A stretch of DNA of 64,000 bases from Syntrophaceae bacterium (lineage in GTDB: Bacteria > Desulfobacterota > Desulfomonilia > UBA1062): NCBI GenBank assembly GCA_039680665.1, contig JBDKSM010000034.1, forward strand, positions 4,206 to 68,205, in the 5' to 3' direction. Shown here piece after piece: positions 28,075 to 36,472 of this stretch; position 1 is the stretch's first letter; every line of letters starts with the position of its first letter. A model generated the notes under the pieces. The model ran no database searches. It was not told the origin of the DNA and saw only the letters and a list, made by a program, of their open reading frames with translations. A program made the position numbers and the translations under genes.

Positions 28075-29882
28075 GCCTTGTTTCCGGCCACGATGGCATG
28101 CTTCGGGCAGGCGTGCACGCACACGCCGCACCCGATACACAGGGTCAGGTCGATCGCCATCTTGGTCTCGCCCGGGATGAGCGCCGGGCATTCGAACTCC
28201 TTGACGCAGTAGCCGCACAAGGTGCACTCGTCGGTGATGGACATGGCGTAGGAGGTCTGACGCGCCAAGGCCTGCCGGTCGCGGATGCAGGGGTGCCGGG
28301 CGATGACGGCGGCTACACCTTCCTCTTCGGTGCGGGTATAGGCCTGCCTGACCGCCCGGGTAAAGCCCGGGAGGTCGTAGGGATCATGGGTGATGATGGT
28401 CCGTACACCGCAGCCCTTCAGGACCTCTTCCAGCTGGAGTGTCCGTCCGTCGTAGTCGCTCGTCACCCCTCCCGTGGCCGGGGTCGGCTGGTGGCCGGTC
28501 ATGGCCGTGGTGGCGTTGTCCAGGATCACCAGCACGAAGCGCGCCCCCGTGACCAAGGCGTTGATGGTGGGCGGAATGCCGGCATGGAAATAGGTGGAAT
28601 CGCCGATGATGGCCGCGATGGGCGGCGGCGTGGCCGTGTGCTTGAAGGCGTGGTAAAACCCCGCGGCCTGGGATACGGCCGCGCCCATGCACAGGCAGGT
28701 ATCCACGGCACCTAAGTTGAGCCCCAGGGTATAGCAGCCGATGTCCGAGGTGTAGATCCCCTTGGGCAGGGCGCGCTTGACGGCATAGAAGGCGCCGCGA
28801 TGCGAGCAGCCCGCGCACAGCGAGGGCCGCCGTCCTTGGCGGGCTTCACCGGCCTCGACCTGGGGCGCTGCACCGCTCACCGTGTCCAGCACCGTCATCA
28901 CGATCTCGGGGTTCAGCTCGCCCGCATTCGGCACGGTAGCGTCCATCCGGCCGCGCACGTTGGTGCGGCAGGGGAACTGCTGCTCGATGACCGGCTCGGT
29001 CTCCTCCACGACCAGCACGGTCGCGTGCGCCTCGGCCAGGCGATTCAGCTCGGCCGGGTCCATGGGGTAGGGCATGTCCACCTTGTAGAGGCAGATATCC
29101 GGCCAGCGCTTGAAGCCGGTCAGGACATCGAGCAAGTAGGCATAGGCCACGCCCGAGGCAACGACCGCGATGCGTTCGGCGCCGGTGCCCTTGGTGAGCT
29201 TAGGCCTAGCCCAGGGGTGGCGCATCAGGGTGGCAATCTTGGTATTGAGCTCATGGTGGAGCGCCAGGCGCGGTCCGGGCGTGGCGGCCCAGCGCGCCGG
29301 GTCCTTGTGGAAGACCGGTTCGGCCATGCTGGCAGAATCCAGAGCGGGCATCTCCACGAGCTGGCGCGCGTGGCAGACGCGCGTGGTGGGCCTCAAGATC
29401 ACGGCCGTGCGGTACTCTTCGGAGAAGGCGAAGGCCTCGATCGTCATGCGTAGGGCCTCGGCCGGGCAGCTGGGATCGAGGACCGGCAGCTTGGCGAACA
29501 GGGCGAAGAGCCGGGTGTCCTGCTCGGTCTGGGAGGAATGCGGCCCCGGGTCGTCGGCCACGATGATGAGCATGCCGCCCACGGTCCCCATGTAGGCCGC
29601 GCTCATGGCCGGGTCCGAGGCCACGTTGAAGCCCACCTGTTTCATGGCCACGGCCGAACGCCGGCCGGCTATGGCATTGGCGTAGGCCACCTCGAAGGCC
29701 GTCTTCTCGTTGATGGACCACTCCACGTGCACGGGCAGTCCATGGGCCTTGACCGCGCGAAAGACCGTCTCGCAGATTTCGGAGGCCGGCGTGCCCGGGT
29801 AGGACGCCACCACGCCGGCGCCAGCGGACAGGATGCCATAGGCGATTGCTTCGTTCCCCAGCAGGATCTTCGAACCGTTCAT
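28071..29882 (-). CDS. iorA: indolepyruvate:ferredoxin oxidoreductase alpha subunit
   Basis: LLGNEAIA, YPGTPASE, EWSINEK, DDPGPHSSQTEQD, LCAGCSHR, SDIGCYTLG, IGDSTYFH, LDN.TTAMTGHQP, C-terminal 2[4Fe-4S]. Confidence 0.95.
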   Translation of the reverse strand: MNGSKILLGNEAIAYGILSAGAGVVASYPGTPASEICETVFRAVKAHGLPVHVEWSINEKTAFEVAYANAIAGRRSAVAMKQVGFNVASDPAMSAAYMGTVGGMLIIVADDPGPHSSQTEQDTRLFALFAKLPVLDPSCPAEALRMTIEAFAFSEEYRTAVILRPTTRVCHARQLVEMPALDSASMAEPVFHKDPARWAATPGPRLALHHELNTKIATLMRHPWARPKLTKGTGAERIAVVASGVAYAYLLDVLTGFKRWPDICLYKVDMPYPMDPAELNRLAEAHATVLVVEETEPVIEQQFPCRTNVRGRMDATVPNAGELNPEIVMTVLDTVSGAAPQVEAGEARQGRRPSLCAGCSHRGAFYAVKRALPKGIYTSDIGCYTLGLNLGAVDTCLCMGAAVSQAAGFYHAFKHTATPPPIAAIIGDSTYFHAGIPPTINALVTGARFVLVILDNATTAMTGHQPTPATGGVTSDYDGRTLQLEEVLKGCGVRTIITHDPYDLPGFTRAVRQAYTRTEEEGVAAVIARHPCIRDRQALARQTSYAMSITDECTLCGYCVKEFECPALIPGETKMAIDLTLCIGCGVCVHACPKHAIVAGNKA

Positions 29883-29931
29883 TGTGCCCTCATATGGTAC
29901 TCAATTCGTTGGTGATAATGCCCTGTTACAA

Positions 29932-29959
29932 TAAAAAAGGCGACCTTTAAGGTCGCCTT
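29932..29959 (-). terminator. attenuator intrinsic terminator (3:4 helix)
   Basis: Minus-strand RNA AAGGCGACC-UUAAA-GGUCGCCUUUUUUA, 50 nt upstream of the iorA start. Confidence 0.9.
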
Positions 29960-29987
29960 GCCCGTTTTTGCCGCAGTAGTCGACCTT

Positions 29988-30038
29988 TTATGCGTCCGTG
30001 TTACGCCACCAGGAGAGTCGACCATGATGTTTCTTCAT
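29988..30038 (-). CDS. TrpL-like attenuator leader peptide MKKHHGRLSWWRNTDA
   Basis: Hand translation ATG AAG AAA CAT CAT GGT CGA CTC TCC TGG TGG CGT AAC ACG GAC GCA TAA; tandem Trp at codons 10-11 followed by Arg, as in E. coli TrpL. Confidence 0.85.
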   Translation of the reverse strand: MKKHHGRLSWWRNTDA

Positions 30039-30197
30039 GGAAGAACATACAACCGTATCGCGCCGCGTTTGTCAAATGGAAAAGTGTAATGTGGCAATAT
30101 CAGGACATTCGGCGCTTTTCATGGCGGTGCTCCTGTAGTATAGGCCTTATGGTGCCCGGACTTATCGGGATTTGAATGCAAAAAAGGAGGAAACACC

Positions 30198-30989
30198 ATG
30201 AGTTACGAGACCATCACCTATAAAATCATCGAGCCGGGAATCGGCCTTTTGAACCTGAACCGGCCGCAGGCCTATAATGCGGTCAACCGGCTCATGATGC
30301 GGGAGCTTAACTCTTTCTGGGCCGAGCGATGTCGGGACAACACCACTAATGTGATCATTCTGCAGGGCTCCGGCAAAGGCTTCTGCGCCGGGCTCGATCT
30401 CAAGGACAGCGCCGAGGCGGTTGTCAACCTGAATATGCAGGAGGCCTTGGATTACCAGGCCGGACTCACGGGCATCGTCGCCGCCATGCGCAAGGCCCCG
30501 CAGCCGATTATCGCGTTGGTGCACGGCGCGGCCATGGGGCTGGGCTTCAGCTTTACACTGGCCGCGGACATGCGTGTCATCGCCGAGAACGCTCGTTTCT
30601 CGGCGGCCTACATCAATGTGGGCTTGGGCGGCGCGGACATGGCCTGCAGCTATCTGCTGCCGCGCATGATCGGCACCGGCAGGGCCTATGAGATGATGCT
30701 GACCGGAGAGACCCTCACGGCGGCCGAGGTCATGGGTCTGGGCCTGGCCAGCCGCATGGTGCCCCGCGACGATCTCATGGAAACGGCCCTGGGGCTTGCC
30801 CGCGCCATGCAAACCAAGAACCCGCTGGGCTTAAGGTTGACCAAGCAGGCCATCAATACCAGCCTCAATGCCGGCAGCCTCGAACAGGCCATCCAGACGG
30901 AAAACCTCACCCAGGTCTTCCTGGCCGCCAAGGCCATGCTCGAATCGGGCCGGGCGCTTAGGTCCACCCTAGAGAACAAATCCATATGA
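30198..30989 (+). CDS. enoyl-CoA hydratase/isomerase family protein
   Basis: LNRPQAYNA, FCAGLDL, PQPIIALVHGAAMGLG, ADMRV; AAGGAGG RBS. Confidence 0.92.
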   Translation: MSYETITYKIIEPGIGLLNLNRPQAYNAVNRLMMRELNSFWAERCRDNTTNVIILQGSGKGFCAGLDLKDSAEAVVNLNMQEALDYQAGLTGIVAAMRKAPQPIIALVHGAAMGLGFSFTLAADMRVIAENARFSAAYINVGLGGADMACSYLLPRMIGTGRAYEMMLTGETLTAAEVMGLGLASRMVPRDDLMETALGLARAMQTKNPLGLRLTKQAINTSLNAGSLEQAIQTENLTQVFLAAKAMLESGRALRSTLENKSI

Positions 30990-31059
30990 AGTGCAGCCGG
31001 TATTCGCCATTGACACAGCATACCGCGCGCAGCATAGCCGCAATACAAGAGCATTAAAA

Positions 31060-31163
31060 AACAGATTGACCACGAAGCACACCAAGAGCACCAAGGAGGT
31101 TATCTCTGTGTGTCATGTGCATCTTGAAACATTTTTTCTTCGTGTGCTTCGTGGTTAACAGAT
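31060..31163. repeat. MITE-like element with 17-bp terminal inverted repeats
   Basis: TTGACCACGAAGCACAC (31066-82) / GTGTGCTTCGTGGTTAA (31142-58); AACAGAT direct repeat at both ends. Confidence 0.6.
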
Positions 31164-31261
31164 GGATAAAGGCGTACCCGAGACCCGATCGGGTTTGGGC
31201 TTGAAAAGACAGGGCCTAAATGCGATATAGCATCGAATTCCGATTATGGAGAGGTATCGCG

Positions 31262-32920
31262 ATGAGAAGCGACAATGCCAAGAAATCCCTGGAAAAGGCC
31301 CCGCACCGTTCGCTCTTGAAGGCGCTGGGACTGACGGATGAAGAGATCAGCAGGCCTTTCGTGGGCGTGGTCAACTCGGCCAACGAGCTCATACCCGGGC
31401 ATATGCACCTGAACCAGATCGTCTCGGCGGTCAAGGCCGGGGTGCGTCTGGCGGGCGGCACGCCCTTTGAGTTCTCGGTCATCGGCATCTGCGACGGCAT
31501 CGCCATGTACCATGCCGGCATGCACTACTCGCTGCCCTCGCGCGAGATCATCGCGGACTCCATCGAGCTCACCGTTATGGCGCATGCCTTTGATGCCTTG
31601 GTTTTCGTGCCCAACTGCGACAAGATCGTGCCGGCCATGCTCATGGCGGGCTTGCGCTTGAACATCCCGTCCGTGGTGGTCTCGGGCGGACCCATGCTGG
31701 CCGGACGTTTCCGGGGCAAAAGCGTGGACCTGATCAGCGTCTTCGAGGGCGTGGGCCGGGTCAAGGCCGGGACCATGACCGAGGACGAGCTCAAGGAGCT
31801 GGAAGAGTGCGCCTGCCCGACCTGCGGCTCGTGCTCCGGGATGTTTACGGCCAACTCCATGAACTGCCTGACCGAGGCCCTCGGTCTGGGTCTGCCCGGC
31901 AACGGCACGGTGCCGGCGCCCTTTTCCGAGCGCATCCGCCTGGCCAAACAGGCCGGCCAGCAGGTCATGGAGCTCTTAGCCAAGGATATCAAACCTCGCG
32001 ACATCGCCACGCCCGCGGCCTTCAGGAACGCCATCGCCGTGGACATGGCCCTGGGCTGCTCGACCAATACGGTCCTGCATGTCCCGGCCGTGGCGTACGA
32101 GGCCGGCATTGAGCTCGATCTCATGGACTTCGACGACATGAGCCGCAAGGTGCCGCACCTGTGCAGCATGTCGCCGGCCGGACCGCATCATATCGAGGAC
32201 CTCTACCAGGCGGGCGGCATCCAGGGCGTGATGCGGCGCTTGAACGAGCTGGGCGTGCTGGACACCGGCGTTATGACCGCTACGGGCGGGACGCTTGAGG
32301 AAAATTTGGCAGCGGCCCGGATCAATGATGAAGACGTCATCCGTCCCATCACAAAGGCCTATCATAGCGAGGGCGGCATCGCCATTTTGAAAGGCACGCT
32401 GGCCCCTGACGGCGCGGTGGTCAAGCAGTCCGGCGTGGCCCCCGAGATGATGCGCCGCGAAGGTGTGGCGCGGGTCTTCGACGGCGAGGAGGCGGCCGTC
32501 AAGGTGATTCTGGCGGGCGGCATAAAGGCGGGCGATGTCGTCATCATCCGCTATGAGGGTCCCAAGGGCGGACCGGGTATGCGCGAGATGCTCACCCCCA
32601 CTTCGGCCATCGCCGGCATGGGTCTGGACAAGGACGTGGCCCTGATCACGGACGGACGCTTCAGCGGCGGCACGCGCGGGGCGGCCATCGGGCACTGTTC
32701 GCCCGAGGCGGCCGAGGGCGGCCCCCTTGCGTTTGTAAAGGACGGGGATATTATTAGTATCGATATACCCGGGCGCAGGCTCGATCTCAAGGTGGACGGC
32801 TCTGAGTTGGAACGCAGAAAAACTACCTGGCGGCGCCCCACCCAAAGCTTGACCGGGGTGCTGAAACGCTATGCGGAGTTAAGCCTCTCGGCCGACAAGG
32901 GGGCGCGGTACCGAGACTGA
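31262..32920 (+). CDS. ilvD: dihydroxy-acid dehydratase
   Basis: [56 protein letters not shown]. Confidence 0.97.
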   Translation: MRSDNAKKSLEKAPHRSLLKALGLTDEEISRPFVGVVNSANELIPGHMHLNQIVSAVKAGVRLAGGTPFEFSVIGICDGIAMYHAGMHYSLPSREIIADSIELTVMAHAFDALVFVPNCDKIVPAMLMAGLRLNIPSVVVSGGPMLAGRFRGKSVDLISVFEGVGRVKAGTMTEDELKELEECACPTCGSCSGMFTANSMNCLTEALGLGLPGNGTVPAPFSERIRLAKQAGQQVMELLAKDIKPRDIATPAAFRNAIAVDMALGCSTNTVLHVPAVAYEAGIELDLMDFDDMSRKVPHLCSMSPAGPHHIEDLYQAGGIQGVMRRLNELGVLDTGVMTATGGTLEENLAAARINDEDVIRPITKAYHSEGGIAILKGTLAPDGAVVKQSGVAPEMMRREGVARVFDGEEAAVKVILAGGIKAGDVVIIRYEGPKGGPGMREMLTPTSAIAGMGLDKDVALITDGRFSGGTRGAAIGHCSPEAAEGGPLAFVKDGDIISIDIPGRRLDLKVDGSELERRKTTWRRPTQSLTGVLKRYAELSLSADKGARYRD

Positions 32921-32921
32921 T

Positions 32922-33935
32922 ATGAAACAGGCGCGGTTCTGGACACAGCAACAAGGCGGGGCGGTGCAGTGCCGGCTTTGCCCGCACGGCTGTATCATCA
33001 AAGAGGGCCACTCCGGCATCTGCGCGGTCAGGCGCAACGAGGGCGGAATCCTCTACAGCCTGGTATGGGGCAAGGCCATCGCCGCCAACGTCGACCCGAT
33101 CGAAAAGAAGCCTCTCTTCCATTTCCTGCCCGGCTCGCGCTCGTATTCCATCGCCACCGTGGGCTGCAACCTGCAGTGCGAGTTCTGCCAGAACAGCGAT
33201 ATCTCCCAGTACCCGCGCGAGGAAGGGCGCATCACGGGCCGCGATTTCCCGCCCGAGGATGTCGCCGCCGAGGCAGAGAAGCACCACTGCGCCTCCATCT
33301 CGTACACCTATACCGAACCCACCATCTACCTGGAGTATGTCCTGGATACGGCTGCAAAAGCCAAGACCCGGCAAATCGCCAATGTGCTAGTCACCAACGG
33401 TTATACCACCGCGGACATCATTAGGGACGAGTTTCCGGGCCTGATCGACGCGGCCAATGTCGATCTCAAGGCCTTCACGGAGAGGTTCTACAAGGAGCTC
33501 TGCAAGGCACGGCTCAAGCCCGTGCTGGATGCCATCCAGGCCTACCATGACAGCGGGGTCTGGATCGAGATCACCACGCTCTTGATCCCGGGTGAAAACG
33601 ACTCCGAGCAGGAACTCAAGGATATCGCGGCCTTCATCAAATCCGTGAGCGAAGACATCCCCTGGCATGTTAGCCGCTACTACCCGCGCTACCACTACGA
33701 CAAGGCCCCGCCGACCTCGGTCGATGCATTGGAGCAGGCACGCGCTATCGGACTGGCTTCAGGCCTGAAATTCGTATACACCGGGAATGTCCAAGGCCGG
33801 GCCAGCGAGCACACCTATTGTCCGCAGTGCGGGGCAACCGTGATCGAGCGCATGGGCTTTACAATCCAAGCCCGGCGCATGGTGGATGGCTGCTGCGCCC
33901 AGTGCCGGACTCCCATAGCGGGGAGGTTCGCGTAA
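32922..33935 (+). CDS. amrS: AmmeMemoRadiSam system radical SAM enzyme
   Basis: CRLCPHGC, DPIEKKPLFHF, GCNLQCEFCQN, YTYTEP, EITTLLIPGEND, TYCPQCG. Confidence 0.92.
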   Translation: MKQARFWTQQQGGAVQCRLCPHGCIIKEGHSGICAVRRNEGGILYSLVWGKAIAANVDPIEKKPLFHFLPGSRSYSIATVGCNLQCEFCQNSDISQYPREEGRITGRDFPPEDVAAEAEKHHCASISYTYTEPTIYLEYVLDTAAKAKTRQIANVLVTNGYTTADIIRDEFPGLIDAANVDLKAFTERFYKELCKARLKPVLDAIQAYHDSGVWIEITTLLIPGENDSEQELKDIAAFIKSVSEDIPWHVSRYYPRYHYDKAPPTSVDALEQARAIGLASGLKFVYTGNVQGRASEHTYCPQCGATVIERMGFTIQARRMVDGCCAQCRTPIAGRFA

Positions 33936-34035
33936 AGCTTGCCGGCCATGCTGGAATACAGCGGCTGGAGTTGGGATTGCAAAGTGGTCTGGGGTGGAAT
34001 AGTATGCTAGGGTAACACAAAAGTTGAGGAGTACT

Positions 34036-35376
34036 ATGCCGAAGAAGAAAGGGCCGGAAGCCAAGCACCAATCGGGTTGGGTGATCCTGAAGGATCGGGA
34101 CAAGGAGATTGAGGCCTTCTGCCGCGACTACCTGGAGTTCATGTCGCGGGTCAAGACCGAGCGCGAGGCCGTGGCCTACCTCATGGGCTTAAGCCCCAAG
34201 GGGCTGATTCGGATCGACAACCGCGGCAAGGCCCTGGCCCTGTGCCGTAAAGGGAAGAAGCCCCTGGCCGAGGGCGTACGTATTGTCGTGGCGCACCTGG
34301 ACAGCCCGCGCCTGGATCTCAAGGCCAACCCCCTATACGAAGACACGGAACTGGCCATGCTCAAGACCCATTATTACGGCGGGATCAAGAAGTACCAATG
34401 GCTGGCGCGGCCGCTGGCGCTGCACGGCGTGGTGGTCAAGGAAGACGGCACATCCATCACGATCACCATGGGCGAGGAGCGTGACGAGCCGTGCTTTGCC
34501 ATCGAGGACCTGCTGCCCCACCTGGCGGCCAAGGTGCATGCCGAAAAAAAAGTCAGCGAGGCCTTCCAGGGCGAGAAACTCAACATTATCTTCGGTTCGC
34601 GTCCGGATCTGGAGGTCAAGGAAGAAAAGGTCAAAGCGGCCATCCTCAAGCTGCTGGAGAGTAAATATGGCATGGTCGAGCAGGACTTCGTCTCGGCCGA
34701 TATCGAGATCGTGCCGGCGGGTCAGGCGCGCGAGGTGGGGCTGGACCGCTCGCTTATCGGCGCCTACGGTCAGGACGACCGCGTGTGCGCCTGGACGGCC
34801 TATGCGGCCGTGCGCGACGCCAAGAACCCGCCGTTCACCACCATAGCCTTGCTGGTGGACAAGGAGGAGATCGGCAGCGAAGGCAATACCGGCGCCAAGA
34901 GCATCTTCCTGGAAGAGGTCCTCTGGCAGCTTGGCAAGAGCTTCAAGCAGCAGATCATCCCCAGCCGCGTGCTTTATCGCAGCAAGGCCATCTCCGGCGA
35001 CGTCAACGGCGCCTTGGATCCGGATTATCCCGAGGTGCACGAGAAGACCAATGCCGCCCGTATGGGGTACGGCGTGTGCGTGACCAAGTTCACGGGCTCG
35101 CGCGGCAAGACGGGATCGAGCGAGGCGCATGCCGAATACATGGGTTGGCTACGCACGGTCCTGAACCGGCGCGGCATCCCGTGGCAGACGGGCGAACTCG
35201 GCAAAGTCGACGAAGGCGGGGGCGGGACCGTGGCCAAATTCCTGGCCGAATACGGCATGGATATCGTGGACATGGGGCCCGCGCTCCTGTCCATGCACGC
35301 CCCGTTCGAACTGTCTTCCAAGGTGGATGTCTATTCCACGTACCTGGCCTATCGCGCCTTTGTGGAGGAACCATGA
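34036..35376 (+). CDS. M18 family aminopeptidase
   Basis: AHLDSPRLDLK, THYYGGIKKYQW, YGQDDRVC, DKEEIGSEG, GGGGTVAKF, SMHAPFE. Confidence 0.93.
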   Translation: MPKKKGPEAKHQSGWVILKDRDKEIEAFCRDYLEFMSRVKTEREAVAYLMGLSPKGLIRIDNRGKALALCRKGKKPLAEGVRIVVAHLDSPRLDLKANPLYEDTELAMLKTHYYGGIKKYQWLARPLALHGVVVKEDGTSITITMGEERDEPCFAIEDLLPHLAAKVHAEKKVSEAFQGEKLNIIFGSRPDLEVKEEKVKAAILKLLESKYGMVEQDFVSADIEIVPAGQAREVGLDRSLIGAYGQDDRVCAWTAYAAVRDAKNPPFTTIALLVDKEEIGSEGNTGAKSIFLEEVLWQLGKSFKQQIIPSRVLYRSKAISGDVNGALDPDYPEVHEKTNAARMGYGVCVTKFTGSRGKTGSSEAHAEYMGWLRTVLNRRGIPWQTGELGKVDEGGGGTVAKFLAEYGMDIVDMGPALLSMHAPFELSSKVDVYSTYLAYRAFVEEP

Positions 35377-36020
35377 AAGAGAAAGTGCTCGGCCATGTCG
35401 GATCCCTGTTGGGCGGCCTGATCCATAACCTCAATACGCCCCTGATGTGGATCATGGGCCGCTCGCAGCTTATCCAGACGCGCAACGAGACCCTTGAAAA
35501 ACTCAAGGACGCCTCGCTGGAAGAGATCCTCAAGGTCAAGGACAAGAACAACAAGGACATCGAATCCATCGCCCAGGGCGCCGACAAGATCGACCATATC
35601 CTCAAGGCCATCAGCTACAAGGTCCAGATGGCCACCGAGGGCATCACCGCCATCGAGCTCAGGGAATATTTGACCAATGAGATGGATTTCATGCTGGCGG
35701 ACATGCACTTCAAGCACGAGTCCAAGGTGGAGCTTGATATCAACAGCGCCAAGAGCTGCTATGTCAAGGTCGATTACAACGCGCTTTCCTGGGCCGTCAC
35801 CCAGACCATCAGCCAGATCATCAAGGCCACCGAGAAAGGGCGCAGCCTCAAGATCTCACTAGACAACGGCATCATCGCGATCGCCTGCAAGGAAATGACG
35901 TTGACGCCCGAGATCAAGGCCGCGATCGAAGGGGTCTGTGCCGGCTTGAAGAATGCGGCGGTCGTCCGCATGCACACGGAGGACGGCTGCGAGATCACGA
36001 TCGGCATCAAGGGAAACTGA
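35373..36020 (+). CDS. sensor-less HisKA-like protein with degenerate ATPase domain
   Basis: ATGA overlap with the peptidase stop; H-box-like GLIHNLNTPL; no N/G boxes. Confidence 0.65.
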   Translation: MKEKVLGHVGSLLGGLIHNLNTPLMWIMGRSQLIQTRNETLEKLKDASLEEILKVKDKNNKDIESIAQGADKIDHILKAISYKVQMATEGITAIELREYLTNEMDFMLADMHFKHESKVELDINSAKSCYVKVDYNALSWAVTQTISQIIKATEKGRSLKISLDNGIIAIACKEMTLTPEIKAAIEGVCAGLKNAAVVRMHTEDGCEITIGIKGN

Positions 36021-36472
36021 TGAGCGCTCCTGCGGCCCTGACCTGCCCGCACTGCGGCCGGACCATCAGCGCCTATCGCAATCCCGCGCCCACCGTGGAC
36101 ATCATCATCGCCTTCGGCGGAGGCATCGTGCTCATCAAGCGCAAGAATCCGCCCCACGGGTGGGCCCTGCCGGGCGGTTTCGTGGACTACGGCGAAGCGG
36201 TCGAACACGCCGCGGCGCGCGAGGCCAAGGAAGAAACAAACCTCGAGGTCAAAGAGCTTACGCTGTTGGGCGTCTATTCCGACCCGGCGCGCGACCCGCG
36301 CGGCCACACCATCAGCACGGTCTTCACGGCCCAGGGTTTCGGTGAGCTCAAGGGCCAGGACGACGCGGCCGAGGCCGCGGTCTTTACCCTGGACAACCTG
36401 CCTGAGCCCCTAGCCTTCGACCATGCCAGGATCCTGGCGGATTACCGGGAGCACGCATGCAAATCTACCTGA
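36020..36472 (+). CDS. NUDIX hydrolase
   Basis: WALPGGFVDYGEAVEHAAAREAKEETNL, RDPRGH, LAFDH. Confidence 0.93.
   Translation: MSAPAALTCPHCGRTISAYRNPAPTVDIIIAFGGGIVLIKRKNPPHGWALPGGFVDYGEAVEHAAAREAKEETNLEVKELTLLGVYSDPARDPRGHTISTVFTAQGFGELKGQDDAAEAAVFTLDNLPEPLAFDHARILADYREHACKST

Noticed and set aside
30001-30048. Alternative leader ORF MFFHEETSWSTLLVA (minus strand, Phe-Phe) overlapping the WW leader
   Set aside because: No SD; its ATG lies within the candidate -10 box; the Phe codons and stop are poorly placed relative to segments 1 and 2. Not fully excluded without TSS data.
34785-35372. 5' extension of the 411-aa ORF 34785-36020
   Set aside because: Overlaps the aminopeptidase out of frame; the likely start is ATG 35373 with a GGAGG RBS.
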